64,000 nucleotides of DNA from an uncultured Gammaproteobacteria bacterium (GCA_963720445.1 CAVRFO010000002.1:439545-503544), one strand, 5' to 3'. Numbered from the stretch's first letter, positions 12,254 to 23,528 are shown. The notes: generated by a model not told the origin, from the letters alone. Numbers and translations are program-made.

Positions 12254-12931
12254 CTACCGATCAGCATCACTGGACCGGGCATGTCCGTTGGACGCAACGG
12301 CTTGATCGATAGCGCAGGCAACCAACGCCTGTGCCCACTCGGGCGTTCGCGCCAGATCCTCGCCGGTCCGGGGGAACAGCACGGCACCTGTCGTCCATTC
12401 CAGAACCTTGCGCGGCGCGGGCGCATGACCAGTCGCGGGATCCGCCTCGGCGCTGTTGTCGAAGATCAACAGCCGGGTGAGATGCGGCAGCAGGCGAACC
12501 AGGTTGCACTGGCTCGCGATGTAGCGCTCGCGTATCCGATCTTCGGGAATGTCGTGGCCTCCGCGCGCCACGCGCGCCCTGACCCGCGCGAGGTGGCGCT
12601 CCGGACCATCCAGTCCGCAGTACCAGATGCACACCTCCAGACCTGCGGCCACGGCATCCAGCAGTAGACTGGTCACGGTCGCGCCGCCCAGTGTGGTCTC
12701 GAACGTGTAGTCGTGCCTTTCATCGATCGCCGCGCGCAGCTGCTCCACGCCGACCTGCCACGCGAGTCCATTGGCCGCCGCTTCGGCCATGCCGGGATTC
12801 GCCGCTTGAATGAAGCGCGTTTCTTCGTCCGGATTGAAGTACTGACCACCCGCTTGCCGCAGCGCCGCGCCGGCAATACTGCTTTTGCCCCCGCCGTTGG
12901 TGCCGGCGAGCACGGTGATTCGTGCAGTCAA
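12254..12931 (-). CDS. Zeta-toxin-like / AAA_33 P-loop kinase
   Basis: [10 protein letters not shown] Walker [32 protein letters not shown]. Confidence 0.8.
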   Translation of the reverse strand: MTARITVLAGTNGGGKSSIAGAALRQAGGQYFNPDEETRFIQAANPGMAEAAANGLAWQVGVEQLRAAIDERHDYTFETTLGGATVTSLLLDAVAAGLEVCIWYCGLDGPERHLARVRARVARGGHDIPEDRIRERYIASQCNLVRLLPHLTRLLIFDNSAEADPATGHAPAPRKVLEWTTGAVLFPRTGEDLARTPEWAQALVACAIDQAVASNGHARSSDADR

Positions 12932-13275
12932 CGCGCGCCCTTGACCGCCGCCGCGCCGAGTTGCTGCGGACTCGCGCCGAACAACGTATCCACGGCGCCG
13001 CGGGCGCTGCCGGTCTGCATTTCGCCGACGAGTGCCGCAAAGCGATCGCGCAGAGGCGCCAGCGGATCAGGACTGGCCGTCACCAAACGCTCGTATTCCT
13101 CGATGGAAAGCACGACCACCGTGGGCCGCGCGTTGCGGGTGATGACCACCGGCTTGCGCAAACGCGTCACGCGATCGATCAGCTGGGCGAACCCGTTCTT
13201 CGCATCCGTGCTCGGCAGCGCCTCGACCCGTGCGGTCAATCCGTGCGGTGCCGCCAAAGTGATGGTATGGCTCAT
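12928..13275 (-). CDS. Phd/YefM-family antitoxin
   Basis: STDAKNGFAQLIDRV...PVVITRNARPTVVVLSIEEYE; stop overlaps the TTG of the downstream kinase. Confidence 0.85.
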   Translation of the reverse strand: MSHTITLAAPHGLTARVEALPSTDAKNGFAQLIDRVTRLRKPVVITRNARPTVVVLSIEEYERLVTASPDPLAPLRDRFAALVGEMQTGSARGAVDTLFGASPQQLGAAAVKGAR

Positions 13276-13470
13276 GGATGTGGCCTCATCGACGGCGCGA
13301 TCGAACTCGCGCCAGTCGACGATACGCCGAATGGCTGTTACATACAAATTGGCTCGATTGGCTAAGCAAGCTTGTCAAGCCAATCGGGGCGAAGGCGTGA
13401 GGAATCAGACCACAGGGATTGAACTTGCGCGCGAATGCCTAGGCACTGGTCACGACCGATCGCCAAACGA

Positions 13471-13504
13471 AAAGGCGCGCCACGAGTTGATCTCGTGGCG
13501 CGCC
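13471..13504 (-). terminator. Intrinsic terminator after tRNA-Thr/tRNA-Val
   Basis: ggcgcgccacgag-ttgat-ctcgtggcgcgcc hairpin followed by a T-run on the minus strand. Confidence 0.7.
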
Positions 13505-13529
13505 AAATCGCTGAATCAGTTGCATATAT

Positions 13530-13604
13530 TGGTGGGCGGTGCAGGGATCGAACCTGCGACCCTTGCCGTGTGAAGGCAATGCTCTACCGCTGAGCTAACC
13601 GCCC
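13530..13604 (-). tRNA. tRNA-Val(CAC)
   Basis: GGGCGGTTAGCTCAGCGGTAGAGC..TT-CAC-AC..GGTTCGATCCC..CCGCCCACCA. Confidence 0.96.
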
Positions 13605-13641
13605 GCCTCGACCGGATCCGCGCTGCGCGAACCGGTGGACA

Positions 13642-13717
13642 TGGTGCCGGAAATAGGAATCGAACCTACGACCTCATCATTACGAATGACGCGCTCTACC
13701 AACTGAGCTATTCCGGC
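13642..13717 (-). tRNA. tRNA-Thr(CGT)
   Basis: GCCGGAATAGCTCAGTTGGTAGAGC..TT-CGT-AA..GGTTCGATTCC..CCGGCACCA. Confidence 0.96.
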
Positions 13718-13775
13718 GAGGGCCGCGGAGTATAGCGGTGGCGGGGGTGATGCTCAAGGTTGCCGTGCAAAGATC

Positions 13776-14246
13776 TCACCAGCAGCCGGCGACGCTCGCC
13801 TGCACGGCAGTCGCTCCACGCCGGCCGGTCGAATCCAAGGTCAGGCTGCCGCAGGGATCGCCCTGCTGGGCGCGCTGCGGGGAGACAGCAATGGTTACGG
13901 TCTGGGCATCGTCGCTCAAGGTAATGTCCGAGAGCCCATAGAAATGTCCGGGCAGCGATTCGGTCGACTCCGTTATGCCAGCCTCGCCGATTTGGCGGGT
14001 GTAACGATTGGTATTCGAATAGTGGCGCTCTTCGGCCGCCATGATCACATATAGCAACGCTTTGCCTTCCGCACGCCGCGCTTTGCGCATCGCCCAGTTG
14101 TAGGACGGAATCGCAATCAGCGCGATGATCGCCAGAAGGGCAACGACAGTCATCATCTCGATCAGCGAGAAACCCTGCGAAACGTGGCGCCTCGGAGGGC
14201 AGCCGTACCATCTGATCCCGCCATGCATACTCGCGCAATACCTCAT
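13776..14246 (-). CDS. pilE: Type IV minor pilin PilE-like (set B)
   Basis: QG|FSLIEMM..AIIALIAIPSY, RKARRAEGKALL, DPCGSLTLDSTG.R. Confidence 0.85.
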   Translation of the reverse strand: MRYCASMHGGIRWYGCPPRRHVSQGFSLIEMMTVVALLAIIALIAIPSYNWAMRKARRAEGKALLYVIMAAEERHYSNTNRYTRQIGEAGITESTESLPGHFYGLSDITLSDDAQTVTIAVSPQRAQQGDPCGSLTLDSTGRRGATAVQASVAGCW

Positions 14247-14815
14247 TGCGCGACCGCATAGATGCTTTCGATCGCACGGCTGTAGTCGAGCTGGCCACCG
14301 AAGCCGATCGCAGTAATGCGAAAAAGCCGGTTTGAACCTTCCCTTGCGGGAACCAAGGAGCCTGTCAACTGCCCTGCCACGCCGAGATCTTCGATGACAT
14401 AACCGGGTACAGCAGCCAGTCGGGCGCTCTGGTCAATGCCGTGCAATTGCGTCAGGTCCAACCGAAAAGGGGTGGTCGCGGCACGTACCTGTTCGGTGCG
14501 CATCAACTGTGCCGCGTCGTAAGGCAAATCTGCTGACCGAACGAAACAACGCAGGTGAGAACAAACTTCCGCAGCGCCGTATACAGCAGCGGCAGCCGAG
14601 ATCCTGACCTTTGCGTCACTCAACGCGCTATCGGCCGCAACCGTGGCCAGTTGCTTGTTGCGCGTTGCACCAGCCATCTTCTGCTCCATGAGCGCGGTGT
14701 TCGCGGTCGTGATCGCAAACAGCGAAAGCACTACCAAGATGACGAGCGACACAAACAGCACGGCCCCCCGTTGCCGTGGCGACACCGCACAACGCGGACG
14801 CCCTCGCCTGATCAT
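14243..14815 (-). CDS. pilX: PilX-like minor pilin (set B)
   Basis: QRG|AVLFVSLVILVVL, EQKMAG..RN..LA..AADSAL, YVIE, FRITAIGFG. Confidence 0.82.
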   Translation of the reverse strand: MIRRGRPRCAVSPRQRGAVLFVSLVILVVLSLFAITTANTALMEQKMAGATRNKQLATVAADSALSDAKVRISAAAAVYGAAEVCSHLRCFVRSADLPYDAAQLMRTEQVRAATTPFRLDLTQLHGIDQSARLAAVPGYVIEDLGVAGQLTGSLVPAREGSNRLFRITAIGFGGQLDYSRAIESIYAVAQ

Positions 14816-16071
14816 CCGCCGAGATCCCGCAGCGCGACCACGGAATGGAATTCCCGACGCAACATGCGCCCCGCAGGTAGTCCAGTCGTGGGCATTGCGG
14901 CCATCGGCGCCTGAGCCTTGTCGCCATCGACCGAATACCGATAGTCCCACGCATGAGCGGCCGCGTCCGCAGGGAGGTCTTCGACCGTGTTGACCAGCAT
15001 TGAAACATCGACCGCTTCGATATCGGACCACGAGCACAATCTCATCCCGTCCGCATCCGACCTCCTGCACTGGAGTTGCACGCCATTGCTCGTGACTGCC
15101 TTGGCTACCTCCGCGGCAGTCAGCCAATGTGCGGCGCCTGCCGCGTCGACCAATGAATACCGAAAATCGAGCCGCTCAACCCCCTCGACCAATTCGTTCG
15201 CCACCCCATTCGTGCGTCGCATCAGCACCGCGCCACGATTGCGCGCACCCTCGCGCGCTTTTACTTCAAGATAGTAGACCGATGTTCGAAGCTGGGTGTC
15301 CAGATCAAACACGCGCGTCTGCGAATCAAGGGGCAAACAGGTGGGAACACCGAAATTCCCCGGCAGAGGCTGCAGCACGTTGCCGTGCTTCGTCACCCTG
15401 AAAATCTCACCGGCGGAACAACCCACCAGCAACGCGACATGGGAAGCATCAAATTCCGACGGGACCACATCACCGGGCAACTTGCGAACCGCGATCGAGC
15501 CCAAGGTTGCATCGGCGCTGCACGCCGGCCCTGAATCGTCCGCGCGCGCCGCCCAGCCATTGCCTTCCAGATATCGCACCGTCAGCACATCCGTACCCGG
15601 CACCCTGTTGCCATCGGCCAGCCCTGCGCGCGGCACGCCTTGGCTCGGCACAAGTTCCGGCGTACATGTCTTGCCGACACAGCGGTTACCGCTGATGAAG
15701 ATTCCTCGATCAAGCGGATACGGTTGGCCTGCGCCCCAATCCTGCGGCGCATTTGCAGCGCCAGGCACTCCTGCAATGTGGTTGGCCAGCGCGTCCGTAA
15801 ACACCAGCGGGCGAATCCTGGAGCCGCACGGAAGCTGGCCCGCCGAGCGCAAATCATCGATAACCCCACCGAGCGCAATCCTCCCGCTCTCCTGCAATCG
15901 GGACAAGGCGATCTGGGTTGCGTTGACGCGGTTGGTTTCCGAGAGCAGCACGAAGATTCCCTCAGCGACCAACAACCCCAGCAGCATGGCGATCATCAAT
16001 TCGACCATTGAGAACCCACACACCCTCTGCGGCCGCCGCAAGGGCAGACGGACAAGAGCAAACGGCTTCAT
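14812..16071 (-). CDS. pilW: PilW-like minor pilin (set B)
   Basis: G|FSMVELMIAMLLGL, LQESGR.AL, ELVEGVERLDFRY, LRREF.SVVALR. Confidence 0.85.
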   Translation of the reverse strand: MKPFALVRLPLRRPQRVCGFSMVELMIAMLLGLLVAEGIFVLLSETNRVNATQIALSRLQESGRIALGGVIDDLRSAGQLPCGSRIRPLVFTDALANHIAGVPGAANAPQDWGAGQPYPLDRGIFISGNRCVGKTCTPELVPSQGVPRAGLADGNRVPGTDVLTVRYLEGNGWAARADDSGPACSADATLGSIAVRKLPGDVVPSEFDASHVALLVGCSAGEIFRVTKHGNVLQPLPGNFGVPTCLPLDSQTRVFDLDTQLRTSVYYLEVKAREGARNRGAVLMRRTNGVANELVEGVERLDFRYSLVDAAGAAHWLTAAEVAKAVTSNGVQLQCRRSDADGMRLCSWSDIEAVDVSMLVNTVEDLPADAAAHAWDYRYSVDGDKAQAPMAAMPTTGLPAGRMLRREFHSVVALRDLGG

Positions 16072-16592
16072 CAGGGCTGGAATATCCATACCAACGACTG
16101 GTTCGCACTGTCGCCGCCGGCACTCAATGCCCGCTCCGACCAGCCGACTTCGAGCCTGCACAGACCGTCATAGGTCGTGCCATTCGTAACCCGCGACCCA
16201 GTCGCATTGCATTTGATCGACGCGGAGGGATTGGGCAACGTGACGCGCAACGCGCTATCGAACTGGGCCCGATCGTACGCGGCTCGCTCCGCGGGAGTGC
16301 ATCCGCGCTCACTGCAATCGGGAGGCTCGCCGGATGCATACGTGAACGTTCCGTCATACCGCCCGTCGGCCACTGCAGATGCATTGATATGCATCGACTC
16401 AATCAGCGACTGCGCAATGAAATTGGCCTGTGTGCTGAGATATGCATCGTGATTGACCTTCACGGAGACAGTCATCAATCCCGCCATGCCAAGCAAGCCA
16501 ATGCTCGTGACTGCGACGCTCACGAGCACCTCAATCAGGGTGGCTCCCCGCTGGGAGACTGGCGCATAACACTTGAAACCAGTGGTCAGCAT
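16071..16592 (-). CDS. pilV: PilV-like minor pilin (set B)
   Basis: QRG|ATLIEVLVSV..SIGLLGMAGL, TQANFIAQSLIE.M..N. Confidence 0.85.
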   Translation of the reverse strand: MLTTGFKCYAPVSQRGATLIEVLVSVAVTSIGLLGMAGLMTVSVKVNHDAYLSTQANFIAQSLIESMHINASAVADGRYDGTFTYASGEPPDCSERGCTPAERAAYDRAQFDSALRVTLPNPSASIKCNATGSRVTNGTTYDGLCRLEVGWSERALSAGGDSANQSLVWIFQP

Positions 16593-16652
16593 ATCCCGCA
16601 TCCTACGATGCTCTTGGCGGTCATCCGTCTCCGCCATGTAGACAGAAGTTGG

Positions 16653-19600
16653 TCAGTTTGAGCTCGGCACTTCACGCCAATTGAGCTTTTTCAGGGAATT
16701 GGCCAGATTTCCCGTGGAACCGCCGAGGACGGTTCCCAAGCCGGTGCCGGCAAGTACGTCGAGCTTGCCCGCGGCGTCTGTTACCAGGCTCACGTTTGTA
16801 ACGGGTCCGGTCGAGGGGAGTGCAGTCGTGGCTGCGCCCGTTGCGTCTGTAAACAGCGAATTGCCAACCTTGCCGGTCCCGCCGGAACCCGAATCGTAGC
16901 CCAGCGCAAACAGGCGGGAACTACCGCTGTCGCAAGGGTCTTGACCAAACAGGTTTGCGGCAAAGGCCACCACACCACCACTCGCCACCGGCTGCACATT
17001 GACGCGTTCAGCCGCTGCCTGCTGACCGGCCAGCGGCGTCAGGTACTGTGCCAGGTCGATGAAATATCCACGCTGGGTTGCGCTGACGCTGGTACCGCCT
17101 ATCACGGTGGTCGAGTTATTCGCCAAATCACTGCGTGTCAACGTCGTCGTGCTCGGGCTGAACGCCGTGTTGTTGCCATCGCTGAACGCGTAGAACGTCT
17201 GCTGCTTCGACGTCACCAAGTCAGTATCGGCAAGCAGCCGGCCCGTACCTACGAAGACATAACGCATCCCGGTGCTTGGGTCTGTCGCAATTACTGGCTC
17301 GGTCGTGATCGGCTGCGCATTGCTAGCGGAATCCGCCAACGTTGCAAACTTCTGCACCGATGCACTGCTGCTTGCGTTGGTCAGATCGACACGCCATACG
17401 TTGCCAAGCAGGTCCCCTGCATACAGAGAATCTGCGGTGTAGTCCGCGTAGTTGTTGATGTACCCGCTGACGAACGCCAAACCCGCGGGGCTCGCTATGG
17501 AACCGACATTTGTCGGGATCGTCTCATATACGGTGCCGTCCTTCGGGCTTAGCAGGTAGATATATCCCTTGCCATCGTCATTGCCGTAGCCGGAAGTCAA
17601 TACCACGACCCATCCATATCTCGCGGTCTTGACCACCAGCGGCGTGCCATATGAGTAGCCCATGTGCGCAGGACTCGCCTCCCACAGCACCTTGCTGGCC
17701 AAGGTCGCTTCCGTCGTAATCGCAGACGGATTGGTAACATCGAGCGCGAAGAAACCTTGGCCGCCCTTGCCCAAACCACTAACCAGGATCGTGTGCCAGT
17801 CCGACGCGACACTGCTCGCGGGTGCGGCGCCGCTGGCTCGAGTGCGGGCAAAGTCGACGTCGATAACCGTCGGCTGCGCGTCGACCATGAAGTGATGCTG
17901 CAACGGACTCACGACCAACGACGCAAGCCCCGAGGGATTGCCTACCGGATCCACATTGCTGTTCAGCAGGAAACTCGGTACATACGCGAACAATTCCTTG
18001 CCCCCTGTCGTTGACGTCATCGATCCATTGAATGCATGCAGCATGCCGTCGTTGGAGCCGACGTAAATGACAGGTGCTCGGCTGCTGTTTGCCGAAACAA
18101 ACGAGGCATAACCCGGATTGAGCGGAGAATCCGAGTATGGATAGGCCGGCGCCGAGATCACAGCAGGCTTGGAATTGGTGATATCTCCTAAGGTGTAGGT
18201 GCGTGGGCGAAATCCGGAAGCGCTTTCATTGCTCTGGTCGCCACGCACATAATTCAAGACATTCGTCTGTATGGCAGTCGTAGCACCCAGCGTGGTTTTT
18301 TGCGTAGCCGAGATGTTCGTCATGTTGAACGGGATACCCTTGCCAGCGGCAGCCGAGCTGCTCGTGGCGATAACGCGGCTGCTCGCAGTCAGCGGTGTGA
18401 CGCCGGTAACTGCAGTAGCTTGATTGGGCAGCCAGTCATGTGCGTGCCACTTCACGGTCGGCGTGGTCGTGATGACGCCGCCGGTCGTCGTGACGGCCAG
18501 TTGACTGCCAACAACGTCGCCACTCCAATCTTTCAAAAACGAAACGGCGTAATTGGCATTCCCAGTTGCAGCAATCGTGCTCGATCCAAGTGACAGTGCA
18601 GTCGACGTACCGCTCGGAATGTTTGCTTTGATCTTGGCAAATGCAGCATTGAACCCAGCGATCATCTTGCCTGGATCCTGCGCCTGAAAATATTGGTCGG
18701 GAGAAAGGTTGCCATTATTGTCTCTGTAATTGCCGGTATTCCACCAGGATTGTGGCAATGCCGCAGTCATGTTGTATTCCAGCCCGCCGACTGGCCACGA
18801 CTTGGGGTCGGAGGGATCGGGCGCAAACGTAGGATTCGTATCGAAGCCACCGTACTTTGCGGTCAACCAGAATTGGTTCTTTTCGTGATAGTCCGCATTT
18901 TCCATCACGTCGACCCAGAATGTTGAAACAGTGACCGGTGCGGCCTTCTTCGTAATGTCAGGGCGGATATCTCGCGTATGTATGTCGTAGGCAAGACCGG
19001 CCATCAAAAAACTATGGGAGTTGCAGCACCAACCACCGGTCGGGGCTGCAATACTGTCGATCGCGTTGTTACCAATGCCGGTTGCAAGCTTATAATCATT
19101 CGTTCCGCCACCAGCGGATGCTGACGCCTGATTTTCGAGCGCAGCGATCCAATTGGTTGCGGTCACCGAATTTACGACTGCGGCGTCGGCAGAAACCGCT
19201 GCGGGCATTGTAGGTTCCTTGCTCGTTGCGTAAGTCCTTCCCGGCAAGTTGGCGTCCGCATGAGTGTGGATATCGCCAATACCGATAATGTAATTCTTGG
19301 AGCAAGAATATTTTATCGGATCGTCGTTGGTAGTAAAATTGATCGCGGGAAAGCCATCAAGCATTGCAGTCGTTGCGCCGCTCGTATAACTCGCAACATT
19401 ACCTAGCTTTCGATAATAGCGGGTCACTGCATAGTAGAGCTCCCCGACCGGGTCATAAGTTTTATATGACCCAGACAATCCAAATTTATTTAGATAGTTG
19501 ATGACACCGCTATCGGTTATACTCGTCCCATTAGCCAAATTATCGGCGTTTGGCGTGAAGGTTCCATCGGTTGCGCTCCATTCCGACGCACCGGTATTCG

Positions 19601-20765
19601 CCACAGGAGAGGTACCTGGGTTTGCGGCGAATGGCCCAACCGACTTCATCGCAGCGCGCATCACGCCGCCATCACGATTGATATTGGAATCGTTCAAATA
19701 ACCGAATACAGAATAACGAATGCTGTCGGTTTGCGTGCTGGTTTCCGCCGCATATTTTTGCATCAACCCGACTGGCTTGTTCACGGTAGGGCTGGCGCTA
19801 CCGGCAGGATAGCCACGGCAACGGCCGCCATTGACTTCCAGATCGCTGGCCGCATCCGCCGCACACACCTGCACAGCCCCATAAAGCTGGTATGCCAAAG
19901 TTGTTGTGGATTGTGAAGTTGTCGTGTTGCTGCTTGTGCAACCGCTCTTGCTTGAATTGATGTTGCACACCGTGGTTGCCGTCGAGATTGTTTGGACTGC
20001 GCTTGAAACCGTCGTGCTCGTGGTTACTACTACCTTTGAAGTGCAAGTACCGTTCTTGGGGCCAGCGGTGTAACACGTCGGATTGTTGACAGTAGTCACC
20101 GTGCTTGTACTTGCGCTTGCCGCAGCAGAGTCCCAGGATAGGGCGTTAAGCCGCTCGGATTGGAGCCGCCTCCAGGCGAACTGGAGCTGAAATTAAACAT
20201 CAATCCGGTTTTTTGGTTCGAGATGGTCAGCGATGTCCAGCTGAACGGGGTTGCACCAGATACCGTGGCGGCGCGACTCAGCACCTTGTCCGGGAAACCA
20301 TTCGTGTCAACATTAGCGTCGGAATATGCCTTTTGCAGCACGGTGGTGGAGCTCGTGTCTATGCTGCGGTAGCCGCCTGTCAAGGCCTTGCGCATAGGAT
20401 CTATAGTCTGGGTCAACGCCCAATTGAGGAAGTTGCCACTCCATCGACTCGTGCAAGTATGAGTCGTAGTCGCCATTTGCGGCGTATAGTAATTTTTGGC
20501 CGCATCGTAGGCGTAACAAAACTTTGGATTGAAATAGCCGAACATACTCCGAGCCGGTGCTGTAGGCACCCAGATACGACGCATCATCACCAGTCGGGAA
20601 CTCCACCGAGAGTGCCAAAATTACATTGGCAGGTACGATGACCGTCGAGCCGATCGGCGCGTCGGCCAGATTCGGCGAGGCCGCCCCCGCGACCGTACTC
20701 ACGCACGCTGCGAGGAGTGCAAAAAACAACTTGCGGGAGAAACGCGAATGGGTCGACTGCATCAT
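16653..20765 (-). CDS. pilY1: PilY1/PilC pilus tip adhesin (two apparent frameshifts, near 20550 and 20120)
   Basis: Signal peptide, NVILALSVEFPT, YFGYF.P..CY.Y, WSGNFLNW, LGDI.NS.P, YVGSNDGMLHAF, ELFAYVP, YAGDL.GNVWR.DL, C-terminal LNWRE. Confidence 0.88.
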
Positions 20766-20785
20766 AAAGCCTCCGGTTCAAGAGC

Positions 20786-21412
20786 CTAGGAGCCGAAGCT
20801 CTTGACGGTTGTTTGAATGAACGACTGTGTCTGGCGTGCATCGGTGGCGCGCACCGTGATTCGATAAACGACTGGCCCACGAGCGCTCGGCAGACCTGCG
20901 CCACCATTCTGCGTAGGGTTTCGCGCGTTGCCACCGGAATCTGCGATCGTATTGCCGGATACGCAGTGTTTGGAATTCGGCGCAGTCGACGGGTCGCCGG
21001 CACTCGGACACATGCGGTCGATTACGTAGCGATAGGTGATGCCGTTGTTCGAGGTCAGTGCGGCTGCCGAGAATGCACTGGTGAAATTCGCGTCCGTATC
21101 GAACAGGATATTCGGCACGCCCTGCGCATTGCTGTCGAGTGCGACCGCCGAATAATTGGCCGAAGCCTTGTTGGTCCAGCGCGATGTCTCTGTGGCGAGC
21201 GCGCCGCTGCCAAGCTGGGTCACGGCAGCCTGAATGGCTGTTTCTGCCTGATTGGTCAGATCGCGTTTGACAGCAAGATTGCCGGAAATCAGGAGTGCGG
21301 TATCGGTCGAGCGGATCAGCGCGACGCTTGCGACAAGCAGAATGACCAGCGCGATCAGGGTGATGAACAACACCACGCCACGTTGTCTGTTGAAAGTCAC
21401 TCGGCTGTGCAT
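20786..21412 (-). CDS. pilX: PilX-like minor pilin (set A)
   Basis: QRG|VVLFITLIALVILL, ALIRS.DT..ISGNLA.K, YVIDRMC, YRITVR. Confidence 0.82.
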   Translation of the reverse strand: MHSRVTFNRQRGVVLFITLIALVILLVASVALIRSTDTALLISGNLAVKRDLTNQAETAIQAAVTQLGSGALATETSRWTNKASANYSAVALDSNAQGVPNILFDTDANFTSAFSAAALTSNNGITYRYVIDRMCPSAGDPSTAPNSKHCVSGNTIADSGGNARNPTQNGGAGLPSARGPVVYRITVRATDARQTQSFIQTTVKSFGS

Positions 21413-21428
21413 GACGTGCGGGCCTGAC

Positions 21429-22613
21429 TCAAAATGACGCATTACGGAGGGGGATCGTGCCTTCCAGCACGCGGTAACGATAACCTTCCTGCCCGCTTGG
21501 AACGTTCCACGTCACCTGGACCGTGGTCGGCAGCGTGTTGAACAATGTGTAGCTGCCGGCATTGACCGAATGACCGGTGCCGATCGCTGTATCCGTGGCA
21601 TCAGTGCGTTCGGACAGCGGCGCGCGCACGATAAAAGAAGCGCGAATCGCCTTGATGGAGCGCAGGGCAGTCGTGGCCGTGACGCCACCCGCCAGCAACT
21701 TGGCCGGCGAATAGTTATAGGTATTGCCTGCGATGACCACACCGTCGACTGGCTTCGTCCAGGTGACCGTTCCCGTTGCGCCCGGATCGACGCCATAGAC
21801 CGCGCGCAACATGACAATATCGTCGCTGACCAGTTGCGCTGCGCTGAGATCCGAATTGAGCAGATCGACGCTATAGAGCGAATTGGCGTCGCCGAGAGCG
21901 AACATCATGAAGGACGCCGCGGCGGCGCTACCGAGCCCGGCCACGTAGCCATTTGCATATGCGGTCATTGAACTCGCACCATTCAGATTCAAGACCACAT
22001 TGTTCGGCACGGCCGTCACGTGGGTAACTGTGCATGCGGAAACTCCGCTACCCCCAATCAATGCCCAATCGTTCGCTCGAAAGCCTATCGTGCTATCGAC
22101 AATCAATTGGGAATTTGTAGGGGGGGCCGTGATCGGGATCGGCACCTCGGAATAACCAGCGCCCCCTGACATCAACAGGAAAGCGTCCGAGGCATTGGCA
22201 GCACTCGGGTATGCAGTGGCACCCGGAAAAATAATCGCCGGCGCCAGGCGCAGCGGTAGCCCGGTGCTGCCAACCACACCGCTAAACGGAGTAGGCAGAC
22301 TGACCACACCACTGGCAACCGCCGTTCCACCTGTCGGGGTGTAGTTTAATTGGCAACCATAGGCGAACGACGCGGACTGCACGAGACCAGTACCCGATGA
22401 GCGAGCGAGTTTATCCAACGTGTAAAGCCCAAAATTTCCGGACTGCAACGCATCGTTCATGGCAGTTGTCGTGCGTTTGTGGCCTTCGAACGTCGCCAAG
22501 ACCTGGAACGATGCAAGCACCATGATCAAACCGATGATGATCGCGATCATCAATTCGATAAGCGTATGGCCGCGCTGGTGAAGCCGCGCAGGGACATTCA
22601 GTGGCGCACTCAT
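21429..22613 (-). CDS. pilW: PilW-like minor pilin (set A)
   Basis: QRG|HTLIELMIAIIIGL, FEGHKRTTT..NDA.Q.G, LRAVYGVD, YRYRVLE.TIPLRN. Confidence 0.82.
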   Translation of the reverse strand: MSAPLNVPARLHQRGHTLIELMIAIIIGLIMVLASFQVLATFEGHKRTTTAMNDALQSGNFGLYTLDKLARSSGTGLVQSASFAYGCQLNYTPTGGTAVASGVVSLPTPFSGVVGSTGLPLRLAPAIIFPGATAYPSAANASDAFLLMSGGAGYSEVPIPITAPPTNSQLIVDSTIGFRANDWALIGGSGVSACTVTHVTAVPNNVVLNLNGASSMTAYANGYVAGLGSAAAASFMMFALGDANSLYSVDLLNSDLSAAQLVSDDIVMLRAVYGVDPGATGTVTWTKPVDGVVIAGNTYNYSPAKLLAGGVTATTALRSIKAIRASFIVRAPLSERTDATDTAIGTGHSVNAGSYTLFNTLPTTVQVTWNVPSGQEGYRYRVLEGTIPLRNASF

Positions 22614-22987
22614 TTGATGATCACCTGCGTGGTGTACACCGCTTGGGTAGCGTCTGCGCGCCCTTGAGGATCCCATTTGATCGTGACCGTAGCGCTATTT
22701 CCCGCGGTAACGAGTATTCCGCTGCCGTTGCGTAGCGATGCGGTGACACGTGGCTGCCATATCGTCGCGTAATCTGCGGGCGCCGCGGCCGAGTTTTTGA
22801 TCCACATTTCGGCAATCAAATCGTTGGCAAGCAATGCAGCTGTTGCACGATCCTCCGAATTGGTGGAGTTCGCGCTGGCGACGCCCTGCATCTTGACCAT
22901 ACCGAGCACACCAATGCTGAAAATCAAAAGGGCAATGAGAACTTCCAGCATCAGGAAGCCTTTCTGCAAGCGTGCGGTTCTGGCCAT
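22610..22987 (-). CDS. pilV: PilV-like minor pilin (set A)
   Basis: QKG|FLMLEVLIALLIFSIGVLGM, R..AALLAN.LI.EMW. Confidence 0.82.
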   Translation of the reverse strand: MARTARLQKGFLMLEVLIALLIFSIGVLGMVKMQGVASANSTNSEDRATAALLANDLIAEMWIKNSAAAPADYATIWQPRVTASLRNGSGILVTAGNSATVTIKWDPQGRADATQAVYTTQVIIK

Positions 22988-22988
22988 C

Positions 22989-23528
22989 TCAGCACCCATC
23001 CGGTGTAGTGGATGAAAATGCCTTGTCAGGATCACACATCCGCGTCTTTCCACCTTGCGACAAAACGATTCGAAGTCGACGCGTCCCATTCGGATTAGTC
23101 ACGTTGAACGTGGCATCCGCAGAGAGCGGCGTGAACGGCCCCGCCGTGGTTGCAGCACCCGACACACGCCCCAAGCTGTTGTACTGGATTACCGCAGGAG
23201 TGCCGCTGCCGGTCGCAATCGTGGTGCCTTCGAGACTACCGGCAGGCGAGGTTTGCAGAGGGTGCGCCAACGAATCCGAAGCAGCGGCGACATAATCGAC
23301 CGTCCAACCCGTTGACGTGGAAATAAACGTGGTCGGACGGCTAAGTCGAGCCGCTTCGGTCTGCGCGAAACGCAGTCCATTTTGCACCGACTCGGCCACC
23401 GAGCGGGTCTTGCCGTTTTGCATCCAATCCGACACGTTCGGAGCAGCGGTGATGACCAGGATAGCCACGACAGCCACCACGACCATCAACTCGACCAACG
23501 TGAAACCCCGGGCGCGAACGGTTTGCAT
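22989..23528 (-). CDS. FimT/FimU (GspH-like) minor pilin
   Basis: RG|FTLVELMVVV, RSVAES.QNGLR.AQTEA, GG.TRMCDP. Confidence 0.82.
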   Translation of the reverse strand: MQTVRARGFTLVELMVVVAVVAILVITAAPNVSDWMQNGKTRSVAESVQNGLRFAQTEAARLSRPTTFISTSTGWTVDYVAAASDSLAHPLQTSPAGSLEGTTIATGSGTPAVIQYNSLGRVSGAATTAGPFTPLSADATFNVTNPNGTRRLRIVLSQGGKTRMCDPDKAFSSTTPDGC

